64,000 nt of DNA, from the IMG/VR virus record IMGVR_UViG_3300045256_000415; one strand, given 5' to 3'. The stretch comes from an uncultured virus (IMG/VR IMGVR_UViG_3300045256_000415). Taxonomy: Duplodnaviria > Heunggongvirae > Uroviricota > Caudoviricetes. A model generated the notes under the pieces. That model saw only the letters and a list, made by a program, of their open reading frames with translations, was not told where the DNA came from and searched no databases. The translations under genes were made by a program, and so were the position numbers. Positions 9,644 through 18,930 of this stretch are shown here, in pieces. Position 1 is the stretch's first letter. Each line of letters opens with the position of its first letter.

Positions 9644-10108
9644 TTACCTTGGTGTGCCGTCCGCCGCCGGGTTATACAGGTTGGACAATTCCATGGGCAG
9701 GTCGGGTGCCCCCGGCAGCATACTGGAGATCTGCTCGATCATTGACGAGTCGTGGTCGTCACGTACCTCATCATCATCGTCCACCAACCCCAAGCAATCC
9801 TCGCACTCGTCCACCTTATCGATGGCCGCACGAGCCTTGTCCGCCCCACCCATCAGGTCGATGAACCGCTTGGCAACCCGGAGTTGGAACTCACTGAAAT
9901 GGTCGCCATCGTCACAATCTCCCGCGCCGCAGTCCGGTTCTGCCAGGATGACCGTAGTCGATTCCTGGTCGTCCAAGACTGAATCATCGCGGGTAGCCGC
10001 GGAGCCACCACCCATCATGGTAGACATGCCCGTCATGGACGGAGACTCGACCATCGGATCGAGGCGGTCCATAAGACCCGCGATTAGATACTGCTGGTTG
10101 CGGCCCAT
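9644..10108 (-). CDS. Acidic hypothetical protein
   Basis: 154-aa D/E-rich ORF, MVES motif. Confidence 0.65.
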   Translation of the reverse strand: MGRNQQYLIAGLMDRLDPMVESPSMTGMSTMMGGGSAATRDDSVLDDQESTTVILAEPDCGAGDCDDGDHFSEFQLRVAKRFIDLMGGADKARAAIDKVDECEDCLGLVDDDDEVRDDHDSSMIEQISSMLPGAPDLPMELSNLYNPAADGTPR

Positions 10109-10241
10109 GGTTGTTCCCCGCCTGCGGTGATCCTATACCTATTTGATGTTTGCTTCACTGATAACTACCAAGGACCTGTAGAGTTCGGATCTCTCGCATC
10201 GGTCGCAAACATAAACTGGCTTCTCACCACAAGGAGACGAC

Positions 10242-10622
10242 ATGGCCGCTTACCCCCAGGACTTCCCCCTCGCTGAAAGCATCGAGGTGGTGAAGATCCT
10301 CCGCAAGAACGAAGTCAAGCAGAAGCTCCCCCTGTTCGCCCGGAACGTCTGGACGCTGCAGGGCTTCGCGATGAAGTCCACCATCGGTGACCCGGACTCG
10401 CCGGTGACCGCCCCCAGCGACGGCAACCTACTCCCCCCGATCATCCCAGACCCATCGCTGTTCGCCATCAAGCCGGACGGTTTCGATCCGGTCGAGGCCC
10501 TAGACAAGCTCAATGCCGCCTTCAGCGGCAACGACGTCCAGGCCCAGGTGACCGTGCCCTGGAAGCTGATCCTGAAATGGGCACTGGAAGAACTCGTCCA
10601 AGTGGTCGCATCCGCGGCCTAA
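10242..10622 (+). CDS. Hypothetical protein
   Basis: AAGGAG SD, GC3-rich codons, CAAACATA motif upstream. Confidence 0.75.
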   Translation: MAAYPQDFPLAESIEVVKILRKNEVKQKLPLFARNVWTLQGFAMKSTIGDPDSPVTAPSDGNLLPPIIPDPSLFAIKPDGFDPVEALDKLNAAFSGNDVQAQVTVPWKLILKWALEELVQVVASAA

Positions 10623-10735
10623 TTCCAACGCCGCCCCCACCAGGGGCGGCCTGATCCGATACTGAGGCATCCACCGATGATCCGCACACTCTTCTGCACA
10701 AACAGGTCGTCCAGAAGACGGCCCAAGCCATCACC

Positions 10736-11134
10736 ATGGTGCAGGTCGGGGAGAGTGGTGGGGCGATGGCTCCCACCGATCCGGGTCTATCTGGTGTCGC
10801 CAAGCAGTCCTGCGAGTGGACAGGGACGGTCATCCGGGCCGGCGACTACAACGATGCTAAAGTGAAGGCGGACGCCAAGAAACTGGCGGCAGTCTTCCTC
10901 GACGTGGCCGAACGGGTGAAGAAGGGTGAATTAACAGATGCCAATGCCATCATCGCCGCAACGAAGGCAGCGAATGATATGGCCATCGAGAACCGGAACG
11001 AGCGGCTGCCATGGTTTACGCGGATGAGCGATCTCCTCCGGCGTGGCTACGCGGATAACTCGATCCGTACTCCGGCTCAATTCGAGGCGACTTGGCGGGA
11101 GATTGCCCGCGGTTTGGAAGCCGCCGGTAACTAA
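10736..11134 (+). CDS. Hypothetical helical protein, possibly 5'-truncated
   Basis: 132-aa ORF; frame open back to TGA at 10652; no clear SD. Confidence 0.55.
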   Translation: MVQVGESGGAMAPTDPGLSGVAKQSCEWTGTVIRAGDYNDAKVKADAKKLAAVFLDVAERVKKGELTDANAIIAATKAANDMAIENRNERLPWFTRMSDLLRRGYADNSIRTPAQFEATWREIARGLEAAGN

Positions 11135-11142
11135 AACTCTGC

Positions 11143-11175
11143 TGGGCCAGTCCCACGATTAATGGGACTGGCCCA
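11143..11175. terminator. 13-bp perfect hairpin, probable terminator
   Basis: TGGGCCAGTCCCA-cgattaa-TGGGACTGGCCCA just after stop at 11134. Confidence 0.65.
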
Positions 11176-11239
11176 AACTCTATGGCAAATTTACTGGTAA
11201 CTAGGGAAACTTCCGCGAAGTCCTGAATCGGAGTCAATC

Positions 11240-11938
11240 ATGCCACTACCGTCCCTACAAGTCCTGGACATTGCTGCCAACGGCGATCCGTCGCTGTTTG
11301 AGAGTCTGATGGCTCAGGTTGGGTTCCGCGTCGTGCCGCGGGATGATGACCCGATGGCCACAAGTGTGCAAGCGGAGGCCGTCGCTGCGGTCGCTTCCGC
11401 CATCACCGAAGACGCCTACCACGGCGTGCGGATGAGCCCTTACCACAAGCAGGCGAAGTTGCTAGCAGAGCGGGCTGGCTATGTGGTGATGATCGAGAAC
11501 TGTGGCCCTCCTGGTGCCGACCCCTGTGCGGGCGATCTCGATGGCTGGATGGAGATGGGTGAGGAAGGCGAAGAGATGGCCATGGGCGGCGAAATCCCGC
11601 CGATGCCGGAAGAGGACCACGAGGTCCAGCAGATCGCTGCCCTCCCGATCGGCACCGATCTGGCCGCTGAGATCCTGGCGGTCATCAAGGGTGAAGGCCC
11701 CGCGGCCCTCGACGACGACATGGGCGGCGACGAGAGACTCCACGGCGAGATGCCGATGGGCGGTGAAGAGATGATGCCCGTCGATGAGGTCGGCGAGGGC
11801 GAGGCGATGCTCGCCCACGACGAAGATGGCGAGCCCAAGGATGAATTCGGTGGGGAAGAGGAAACCCCGGCCGAAGAGGAAACCCCGGCCGAAGAGGAAA
11901 CCCCGGCCGAAGAGGAAACCGAAGGTCGCCCGTTCTAA
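11240..11938 (+). CDS. Acidic hypothetical protein, paralogue of next gene
   Basis: GGAG SD; N-terminal ~85 aa similar to 11948 ORF; EEETPA repeats. Confidence 0.75.
   Translation: MPLPSLQVLDIAANGDPSLFESLMAQVGFRVVPRDDDPMATSVQAEAVAAVASAITEDAYHGVRMSPYHKQAKLLAERAGYVVMIENCGPPGADPCAGDLDGWMEMGEEGEEMAMGGEIPPMPEEDHEVQQIAALPIGTDLAAEILAVIKGEGPAALDDDMGGDERLHGEMPMGGEEMMPVDEVGEGEAMLAHDEDGEPKDEFGGEEETPAEEETPAEEETPAEEETEGRPF
11855..11920 (+). repeat. 18-bp coding tandem repeat (EEETPA x3 plus partial)
   Basis: GAAGAGGAAACCCCGGCC x3 then GAAGAGGAAACC. Confidence 0.95.
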
Positions 11939-11947
11939 GGACCAGCC

Positions 11948-12394
11948 ATGCCGACCCTGCGAGTTCTGCGACTGATCGCCAACGGTGACCCCCGCCTGTT
12001 CGAGCACCATCTCCGACAGGCTGGACTCACCATCGTTGGTCGGCGTGATCGCGACCCACTTCGCAACACTATGCAGGCGGAATCGGTCCTGGCTATCGCT
12101 TCCACCCTCAGCGAGGACGTGGATAACACGCTGGTGATGACTCCGTACCAGCGTCAACTCCGCGATCTCGCCGAGCAAGCCGGTTACGAGGTAGGGCTCA
12201 TCGAAGGGCTCGACCAGATGCCCGGCTCGTGGACCAACCCCATCCGCAACGTCCTCCGTGCACAAGGCGGACTCAAGGGCGGTGAAGAAGAGAAAGACCT
12301 GGCTGGCGGCGATCAAACGGCTGAAGGTGCTCCCCCACCGCCAGACGGTGGGGCTCCTCCGCCTCCTGGCGGTGAGCCTCCTCCGCCCACGTAA
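11948..12394 (+). CDS. Hypothetical protein, paralogue of 11240 ORF, Pro-rich tail
   Basis: IANGDPRLFE/AANGDPSLFE, MTPYQRQ/MSPYHKQ, AEQAGY/AERAGY. Confidence 0.75.
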   Translation: MPTLRVLRLIANGDPRLFEHHLRQAGLTIVGRRDRDPLRNTMQAESVLAIASTLSEDVDNTLVMTPYQRQLRDLAEQAGYEVGLIEGLDQMPGSWTNPIRNVLRAQGGLKGGEEEKDLAGGDQTAEGAPPPPDGGAPPPPGGEPPPPT

Positions 12395-12401
12395 CTAAGG
12401 C

Positions 12402-13094
12402 ATGAGTACCAAATCAACTCCTGAAGAATTCCCATTAGTTTCGGCCATCATGCTGGCAGGGCGCACTGCCCTACCAGACATCATCACGGCTATCGCCTGT
12501 TTCCAAGCACAGACTTACCCCTACAAAGAACTGGTCATTGTCAACAATGCCAAAAGTCAGTTCGACGCCGCTGCGCTCAACATCCAGGCCCAGCGGAACG
12601 TAGCTCTCGTTGACACCCCCTACCCGTTCTTCGCTGGGATGGCCAGGAATTTCGGCATCTCGACCGCCAACGGTCGAATTTTAGCTCAGTTCGACCCTGA
12701 CTACTGGTACGCCCCAAACCGTCTGGAATCGCAGATCGCCATGCTCGCCAGTGAAGAGGCAGCAGTGGTGGTCTTAGCCTCGACCCTCCAGTACAGCTAC
12801 GTGTCCGGTCGAGCCAGCTACCAACAGAACGACCGCAACGCCATTTTGGGGACGATGGTGTTCATCCGTCCCCAGAATCTAGACTACCCGAATATAGACA
12901 AACAAGAGGAACTTGGCCTCTTGCAGAAATTTCAGGACTCCGGGGCTAAGATAGTGGCGATGCCCGCCCCGGAACTGGCTTGCAAGATGTGCTACACAGC
13001 AGGCGAGAGAGCCCACAAACCGGTGAATACGAATCTTTCTAAGTCTCATTTCGAGGTCGTAAAGAAAATCGTGAAAGTCCGTCGTGGTGGTTGA
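12402..13094 (+). CDS. GT2-family glycosyltransferase
   Basis: PLVSAIM, QTYPYKELVIV, ARNFGI, AQFDPDYWY (DxD-like). Confidence 0.8.
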   Translation: MSTKSTPEEFPLVSAIMLAGRTALPDIITAIACFQAQTYPYKELVIVNNAKSQFDAAALNIQAQRNVALVDTPYPFFAGMARNFGISTANGRILAQFDPDYWYAPNRLESQIAMLASEEAAVVVLASTLQYSYVSGRASYQQNDRNAILGTMVFIRPQNLDYPNIDKQEELGLLQKFQDSGAKIVAMPAPELACKMCYTAGERAHKPVNTNLSKSHFEVVKKIVKVRRGG

Positions 13095-13312
13095 TATGCT
13101 CCAGACCTGATCGAGCATGTCGAAGAAGTCAGGGTCGCTAATATCTGTCGCCTCCGACACAATCTTGTGCGTCTCATAGAACTTGTTCGTCTTTTCGTCG
13201 AACCTATGGTAGATGAGGGTCCAGTACCGTTTCCCTGGACCTTTGAGAATGCGTTGGATACCGATGAGGATCTGGTGAGCTAGTTCTTTTCTTCTTTATC
13301 CAGTGCCGACAT
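13091..13312 (-). pseudogene. Frameshifted small protein of the [LY]xDP family
   Basis: MSALDKEE then 1-nt shift in an A run to ELAHQILIGIQ..TDISDPDFFDMLDQV; 3' end approximate. Confidence 0.45.
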
Positions 13313-13395
13313 ACATACCCTCCGCTGGGACCCGTTTTTCTGTGGCGGTCAAATATATTGTGTTAAACTCCGGCCAATAAGTTGGGGATTCCACC

Positions 13396-15156
13396 ATGGC
13401 AACCATCGCGGAACGGATCAGTAAGAGGCTCACCACACTACGGGAGAGCGTGGCAGACACATCGTGGAAGGACCCCCACAGTGGCAACTATGACCGCCAG
13501 AAGGCCGAAGACGCTCTGTTCCACACCATCGGGCCGCTGACTGAATTTCCGCGTTGGGCCAGTCGCTGGTCCAGCCCATCCGATCCAGTCCCCGGTTTCA
13601 CCCCCGGTGGCCCGGCTCCACGCTGGACCCAAGAAGAAGTCATCTACGCTTTCGCCGGTGACCCCCGCCTGATGTTCCACGCAGGTAGTAAGAATCACCC
13701 GCTGTCACCAACCTACGGGACCCGCGGCGGTGCTCCGCTGTTCCGGCTGGCCCGAAAGGTGGCCCGTCAGTTCAAGCGAGAACGCGACCAGTCTTTCATC
13801 GAAGAACTCTACCAGAACGGCTTCGTCGAATTGACCCGGCTCATGAAACCGGGCTACGATAAGGGACAAGCTGGCTTCATCTCCTTCGTCATCACCAACG
13901 TCGAAGGGGCCATGGTCAACGGCACCTCCGCCACCGGTGAAGCCGAAATCAAGGCCCGCGGTGACGTGGCCAAGGACTCCGGGCTCATCGGCCTCAACGG
14001 TCTTTTCAAGGCCAAAACCCCCGAAGACGCTCGGAAAGTCGCTGCTCAGATCAAAGGCAAGTACCAAGGGGATGGCGAACACAAGCACGACAAGCACGAC
14101 GACAACCCATTCGGTGCCTACTCCCACCGAATCTTCGCTCTGGCCAACAACTACGCTCAGGCCCTTGAATCGGGCGACAAGGAAGTCATCGATCGTGTTC
14201 GGAGTGCCATCGAAGACACGATCGATGAGATCGACGCCGCCAAAGACACCATGGTCCTGGGGGCCGGCACCGGCATTGGCCAGGCAGTTACAAACCATGA
14301 CCGCAAAACCAAGATCGGTATCAACAGCATGGATATGCCGACCGGCGACGGAACCGGCAGCATAGGCGATACCATCGGTGCCCCCACCGACGAGGTTGGT
14401 GCCGAACACGGCGAAATGAGCGAAGCCATCACCTTCGTGCTCAACATCGCCCTTGAACACGATCTTCAGGAGGTCCTCGGTAACGACCCCAAAGCCATGG
14501 AAATGGCGGCTCAGTTCGGCCTCAAGCCGGGCGAGAAGCTGGGTGGGCGGATGACCGCAGCCGAATACCGGTGTGTGCTTCGGAAACTCGGCCCGGTCGT
14601 CGCCAACTATCCCGGCAAGGGTCAGATGCGAACCAATGTCCAGATTCCGCGTGACATGAAAGGCTGGTGGGAGCCGGGTGAGGATCCGGAGATCGAACCG
14701 ATCCCGTCCGGCGGCACATGGCGGAGCATCTGGACCCGTGGCGGCTACATGCCGATGGAGAACGCTGAAATCGGCCGCGAATTCACCGAAGAGTACAAGG
14801 AATTCGCCAAGCTGGGTATCCAAGGCGTGAAGGCCCGTATGGACGCTGCGGCCCTCGGCAAAGAAGTCCTGTCGAAGGTATCTATCGGCCACGCCGTCAA
14901 CTCGGCCATGATTAAGGTCAAGTTACTGGGACAGATGTACCGCAGCAAACTGGGGATGGGCGAGAGCAAGATGCGAGCGGCTGGGATGCCGATTCTGGAG
15001 GATTACGATCCTCTGGACCGCCGGCTGGTTATGGAAGCTATCGACTACATCGTCCGGACTCTGACTCGTTCCATCGTCTTGGAGTCCCGGTTTCCCAGCA
15101 GCAAGCGTGAAGTGGCCATGGAGGATGCCGCCCTCGGCATCACTTGGACGCGGTAA
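13396..15156 (+). CDS. Divergent, insertion-expanded sigma70-like transcription factor
   Basis: Region 2-like LFRLARKVARQF..EELYQNGFVEL..GYDKGQAGFISF..VEGAM; region 3.2-like SMDMPTGDGTGSIGDTI; region 4-like MTAAEYRCVLRKLG..MENAEIGREF..NSAMIKVK. Confidence 0.65.
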   Translation: MATIAERISKRLTTLRESVADTSWKDPHSGNYDRQKAEDALFHTIGPLTEFPRWASRWSSPSDPVPGFTPGGPAPRWTQEEVIYAFAGDPRLMFHAGSKNHPLSPTYGTRGGAPLFRLARKVARQFKRERDQSFIEELYQNGFVELTRLMKPGYDKGQAGFISFVITNVEGAMVNGTSATGEAEIKARGDVAKDSGLIGLNGLFKAKTPEDARKVAAQIKGKYQGDGEHKHDKHDDNPFGAYSHRIFALANNYAQALESGDKEVIDRVRSAIEDTIDEIDAAKDTMVLGAGTGIGQAVTNHDRKTKIGINSMDMPTGDGTGSIGDTIGAPTDEVGAEHGEMSEAITFVLNIALEHDLQEVLGNDPKAMEMAAQFGLKPGEKLGGRMTAAEYRCVLRKLGPVVANYPGKGQMRTNVQIPRDMKGWWEPGEDPEIEPIPSGGTWRSIWTRGGYMPMENAEIGREFTEEYKEFAKLGIQGVKARMDAAALGKEVLSKVSIGHAVNSAMIKVKLLGQMYRSKLGMGESKMRAAGMPILEDYDPLDRRLVMEAIDYIVRTLTRSIVLESRFPSSKREVAMEDAALGITWTR

Positions 15157-15186
15157 CTATCTGGGCTCTAACCCAAGGCGGCCACG

Positions 15187-15602
15187 GTGAAGCTCGCGTC
15201 GGCACACCAACTCAGTCTGCTTGATTCGACCCTTGTGACCTATTTCCCCGTGCTATTAGAAGCTGGGGAGGGGCCACGCTGGTTTTAGATCAAAAACGCA
15301 GGCGGCATTCAGAACGATTGCCGTAGCAGTGACGGTTTAGTTTCCCATTGCACCGAATGTCGGCTGAAAGGTGAAACCCGCTGGCGTGACGGTAACCGAG
15401 CCAAATTAAGAGGAAAGACCAAACAATTTGTCGCCATTATGCGATAGAATATCTAAGCACGCATCCTTGTATCGATTGTGGTAATAGCAATATAATGGTC
15501 CTCGATTTCGACCACGTAGATCGATCCAACGTCAAAGAAGTATCAGGGAAGAGTGTCGGGATCAGCCTCAGCAAATTGAAATTTAGCGGAGGTATCCAAT
15601 GA
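15187..15602 (+). pseudogene. Fused remnants including a decayed HNH endonuclease
   Basis: LLEAGEGPRWF* then DGLVSHCTEC, frameshift, YLSTHPCIDCGNSNIMVLDFDHVD. Confidence 0.65.
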
Positions 15603-16666
15603 AGCTTAACAATGCGGTGCGATTTTCGGTCACAGAATCGCATCTATTCATCCTAGAACATGGTGAAGCTCCTAGATGGAGTTTTAATTACGATTCGTTT
15701 AAGCAGGACCCAGCCCCGGACATCCTGGTTCTGGGAGCCTATCGGCACCCGAACACCGGTAACAACCTCATCGGCGGCATCAACCTCAACTATCTCGACA
15801 AAGCCCAGCGGGACGACCTCGCCCGCGTCCTACCGCAGTTGATGCAACAAGGGAATCTGTACCAGCGATACCACCTCGGCAAGCGACTCCTACCAGGAGT
15901 CTTTAATAACTCATACCGGACCTACAACGCCAACCATATCCGCGGTGTCAACAAAGGTGTCTTCTATCCCAAGTACGGGATGATGCAAGCCGCCAAGGAC
16001 TTCCTCAAGAAGAAAATCGGCGGGCTCTTCAAGAGCAAGGCCCAGCGTGCCAAAGAAGCCGAACCAAAGTTCCCGCAGGACCTCAGCAAGATGCAGGACG
16101 CCCTGGATCAAGCAGTCACCAATCTTGGCCTGCAGGTGGCCAAAGGTGAGGAGCCAGAAGACACGCCGGAAATGGCTGCAGCCCGCCAGAACTTCATGCA
16201 GTTCAAGCTCGACCGAGCCAAGAGTATGGCCGACATCGAGCAGGAAGAGGACCAGCCGTACATCCAGGCCACCCAGAACTTTCAACAGACCCAACTACAG
16301 AGCGGACAGGCCACCCCACAGCAAGTAGGTCCGTACGCCGCCAAACAGGTCCAACAGTATCAAAGTATCCCGACGCCGCCGTCTCCTGAAATGACACCGC
16401 AGCAGATGGGCGGAGCTATTGAACAGGAACGGATCGAGAACCAGCGAGAGTTAACGAACCCGAACAATTCACTGGACCTCAACGGAAACGGCATCCCAGA
16501 CGACCAGGAGCCGGCACCACCGAAGCTGGACCAGGAGACACAGGACTATTTCGACGAACTTGATCGGCTCAACGAGTCGATTTCCTACTACTGCCCGAAA
16601 CTCAAGACCTATATCATCGAAGATCTCGGTGATGCCATCAAAGAAACGGTCTTGACTGAGTGGTAG
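15599..16666 (+). CDS. T4 gp2-like DNA end protector domain with long Q/P/E-rich extension
   Basis: DPAPDILVLG..GGINLNYL..R..Y..YRTYNANHI resembles gp2 family core; GGAGG SD. Confidence 0.55.
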   Translation: MKLNNAVRFSVTESHLFILEHGEAPRWSFNYDSFKQDPAPDILVLGAYRHPNTGNNLIGGINLNYLDKAQRDDLARVLPQLMQQGNLYQRYHLGKRLLPGVFNNSYRTYNANHIRGVNKGVFYPKYGMMQAAKDFLKKKIGGLFKSKAQRAKEAEPKFPQDLSKMQDALDQAVTNLGLQVAKGEEPEDTPEMAAARQNFMQFKLDRAKSMADIEQEEDQPYIQATQNFQQTQLQSGQATPQQVGPYAAKQVQQYQSIPTPPSPEMTPQQMGGAIEQERIENQRELTNPNNSLDLNGNGIPDDQEPAPPKLDQETQDYFDELDRLNESISYYCPKLKTYIIEDLGDAIKETVLTEW

Positions 16667-16918
16667 GGCCTGCTGCCGGGTGAGGAGATCGAAGAACCAC
16701 AGGTAGAGAAAACCCCGTGGCAGAGCCGACGAATCAGGATGAGGTGGATCTGTACAAGAACCTCCACCTGATGCGTGGTGCCGAAAAGAAGGCGGCCATG
16801 AAGAAGTTGGGCGTCGGGGTTGGTGGAAAGCCGCATCTGATGGCGTCGGCAATAGCGAACGCCGGGCTACTTAAACCGGGGTAGAAGTGGTGGGCACCGA
16901 TTTCTGAAGGTATTCTTC

Positions 16919-18556
16919 ATGAACCAGTTAGCGGAAACCCTTAACCCGAAGGACACCGCCGGACTCCGGCGGTTTTTCCAGACTTACGGTCATCTCTCAA
17001 CAAACGATCAGGCCCAGATCGCGAACGTCTCCGCAAAGACAATCCGCCGATTCAAGAAAAGAATCGGAATCGCCGGAAAAGTCACAAACGCCAAACCACC
17101 CAAGAGCACCACTACTCCAAGTCTCCCTACAGTCACCGCCCCACTCGACTGGCGGCACGATAAAGCATGGCTGGAGAAAATGGTCCAAATCTACAACGTC
17201 TGCCAACTGGCTCGGATCGTCGGGTTGTCTCGCAGTACCATACGCCCAATCTTGAAGCGGCACAAGCTCAAGTGCAAGACACTCAAAGAGGCGACCCGCT
17301 CCAAGAACAAGTACTGCAACCATGCATGGTGCCACCAGAATTATGTCATCCGCGGACTAAGCCAACAGAAATGTGCGAATCTGGCAGGAATTAGCCAGCA
17401 AACCTTCAGCGATTGGCTAAACCGCTTCAAGATCCCTGTTCGGGATAACGAGCAGGCCCAAACGGGCCGAAAAGCAATTACCCTCTGGGAGAAGGACCTC
17501 ATCGCCAAACTCCGCCAGCAGGAGACGGTGAGGCGAGTATACGTCCGCGAGGGCTACATTCACGTCCGCTACAAGAACTACTTCTGGGAGAACTACTACA
17601 CCAAGGCAGTGCCGCACCCCAAGCGGCCTTACACCTATTTCAAAATCACCGATGCTAACTCCAAAATCAATAAGGTGCCGCTGGTCTACCCAGAATATGG
17701 CGTCGATCTAGAAGGGAAAGCACTACACCCCGCCCACATCTGCCTGAGTCGGGCCGATCTGGACACAGCGTCGTTGATAGAGAAGCGTCTGGCCATCCAC
17801 GAATATGCCCGGCAGATCGTGAGCCGCGGTTGGGTCTGGCCTTCCTATCCGGAGACGGTCCTACAAGAGGACTTCAACAGGGTCGAGAACTTCGAGCTTG
17901 CCAAGTATCTTGAGAATGGCGGATTCACGGCTCTCCCAAAAGGGCTGACCTCGCCGCCGGGCCGTAAGCTGATGATGCACTTTTTCGATTTCTCTCGATT
18001 CTGGGATATCCTGTCTAGACCCCAGATGGTAGTGAGGTTCCTGAACACCCTAGAGCAGCGAACTGTCAAGTTCAACTTATTCAACCTACTCCTGACGGTG
18101 GCGGCCAATGAGGGCGGTGTGATCCGTGGCCCAGTCCCGAACATCCCAGATCCGGTGGTCTACGCGGCAATCTTTAGGCGGCTGAAACTACAGGGAACCA
18201 TTCTGGACGTGAAGGTTGGGTTGGGGAATCGGGCGGTAGCAGCGGCGGTGTCCGGTATTCGTTACACTACTGCGGACCCGACGTTCAGCTTCGCTTTGGA
18301 GCGTGGTTTCCCGTTCTTCACTGGTCTTGAGTACGATCCGTACGATGGGCAGCAGGTAGATGCGGCGATTTATGATGAGGGTTTTCGGGCACCGAATATG
18401 GAGTTGGTGTTGCCGTACCTTAAGAAGGCCAAGAAACTACTGGTTTTCTGCCCGTCTACCCACGCACATGAAGTGCGCAAATATAAACCGCAGACGGCAA
18501 TCCGTATTCGGGCCCGCTTTTTCCGGAAGACTCCGGACTACCTGTTTGCGTGGTAA
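16919..18556 (+). CDS. Multi-HTH protein with degenerate DNA methyltransferase-like C-terminus
   Basis: QAQIANVSAKTIRR, QLARIVGLSRSTI, SQQKCANLAGISQQTFSDWL HTHs; PVVYAAIF..ILDVKVGLGNRAVAA SAM-binding-like; no PPY catalytic motif. Confidence 0.6.
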   Translation: MNQLAETLNPKDTAGLRRFFQTYGHLSTNDQAQIANVSAKTIRRFKKRIGIAGKVTNAKPPKSTTTPSLPTVTAPLDWRHDKAWLEKMVQIYNVCQLARIVGLSRSTIRPILKRHKLKCKTLKEATRSKNKYCNHAWCHQNYVIRGLSQQKCANLAGISQQTFSDWLNRFKIPVRDNEQAQTGRKAITLWEKDLIAKLRQQETVRRVYVREGYIHVRYKNYFWENYYTKAVPHPKRPYTYFKITDANSKINKVPLVYPEYGVDLEGKALHPAHICLSRADLDTASLIEKRLAIHEYARQIVSRGWVWPSYPETVLQEDFNRVENFELAKYLENGGFTALPKGLTSPPGRKLMMHFFDFSRFWDILSRPQMVVRFLNTLEQRTVKFNLFNLLLTVAANEGGVIRGPVPNIPDPVVYAAIFRRLKLQGTILDVKVGLGNRAVAAAVSGIRYTTADPTFSFALERGFPFFTGLEYDPYDGQQVDAAIYDEGFRAPNMELVLPYLKKAKKLLVFCPSTHAHEVRKYKPQTAIRIRARFFRKTPDYLFAW

Positions 18557-18590
18557 TGCGAACAAACAAGTAGTCTGGCACACCTACTAC

Positions 18591-18877
18591 ATGAGCACCA
18601 TTAAGAATATTGCCCGAAGTGTAAGGAACCTGACAAAGAGTTCGGGGTCAATAAACGTCGAACTAACGGCCTGCAGGTCTGGTGTAAGGACTATATCAGA
18701 GACTGTCGAAAGTCTTGCCGCTACGAGAAAAGCGTCTACAACGCTCAATATTGCGGAAAGAACAGTGTTAGCTTAGGAATCGTGATTTTGATGTTCAACC
18801 TCGCGAAGCGGAATTGGACGGATGATGATGTGCGAAAGATGGCCCTCGCGTTAGCCGGCTCTGGTGTGGTGTCCTGA
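18591..18877 (+). pseudogene. Internally deleted HNH endonuclease remnant
   Basis: YCPKCK..FGVNKRRTNGLQVWCKD joined to VILMFNLAKRNWTDDDV; frameshift just after the ATG. Confidence 0.65.
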
Positions 18878-18930
18878 TCCCACCCAAAGATAACTCGTAG
18901 ATAATAGCACACTGGAGCGGAGTCAACCAC

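Noticed and set aside
10143..10202. tRNA-like T-arm AGAG-TTCGGAT-CTCT
   Set aside because: No convincing D or anticodon arm and too short
15286..16884. TAG reassigned to Gln (in-frame TAGs at ~15286, 16664 and 16882 sit in coding-like sequence such as LKPG*KWWAP)
   Set aside because: Long genes lack internal TAG and several clear genes end at TAG (7274, 50443, 51796, 59783); CAG-to-TAG decay in remnants is simpler
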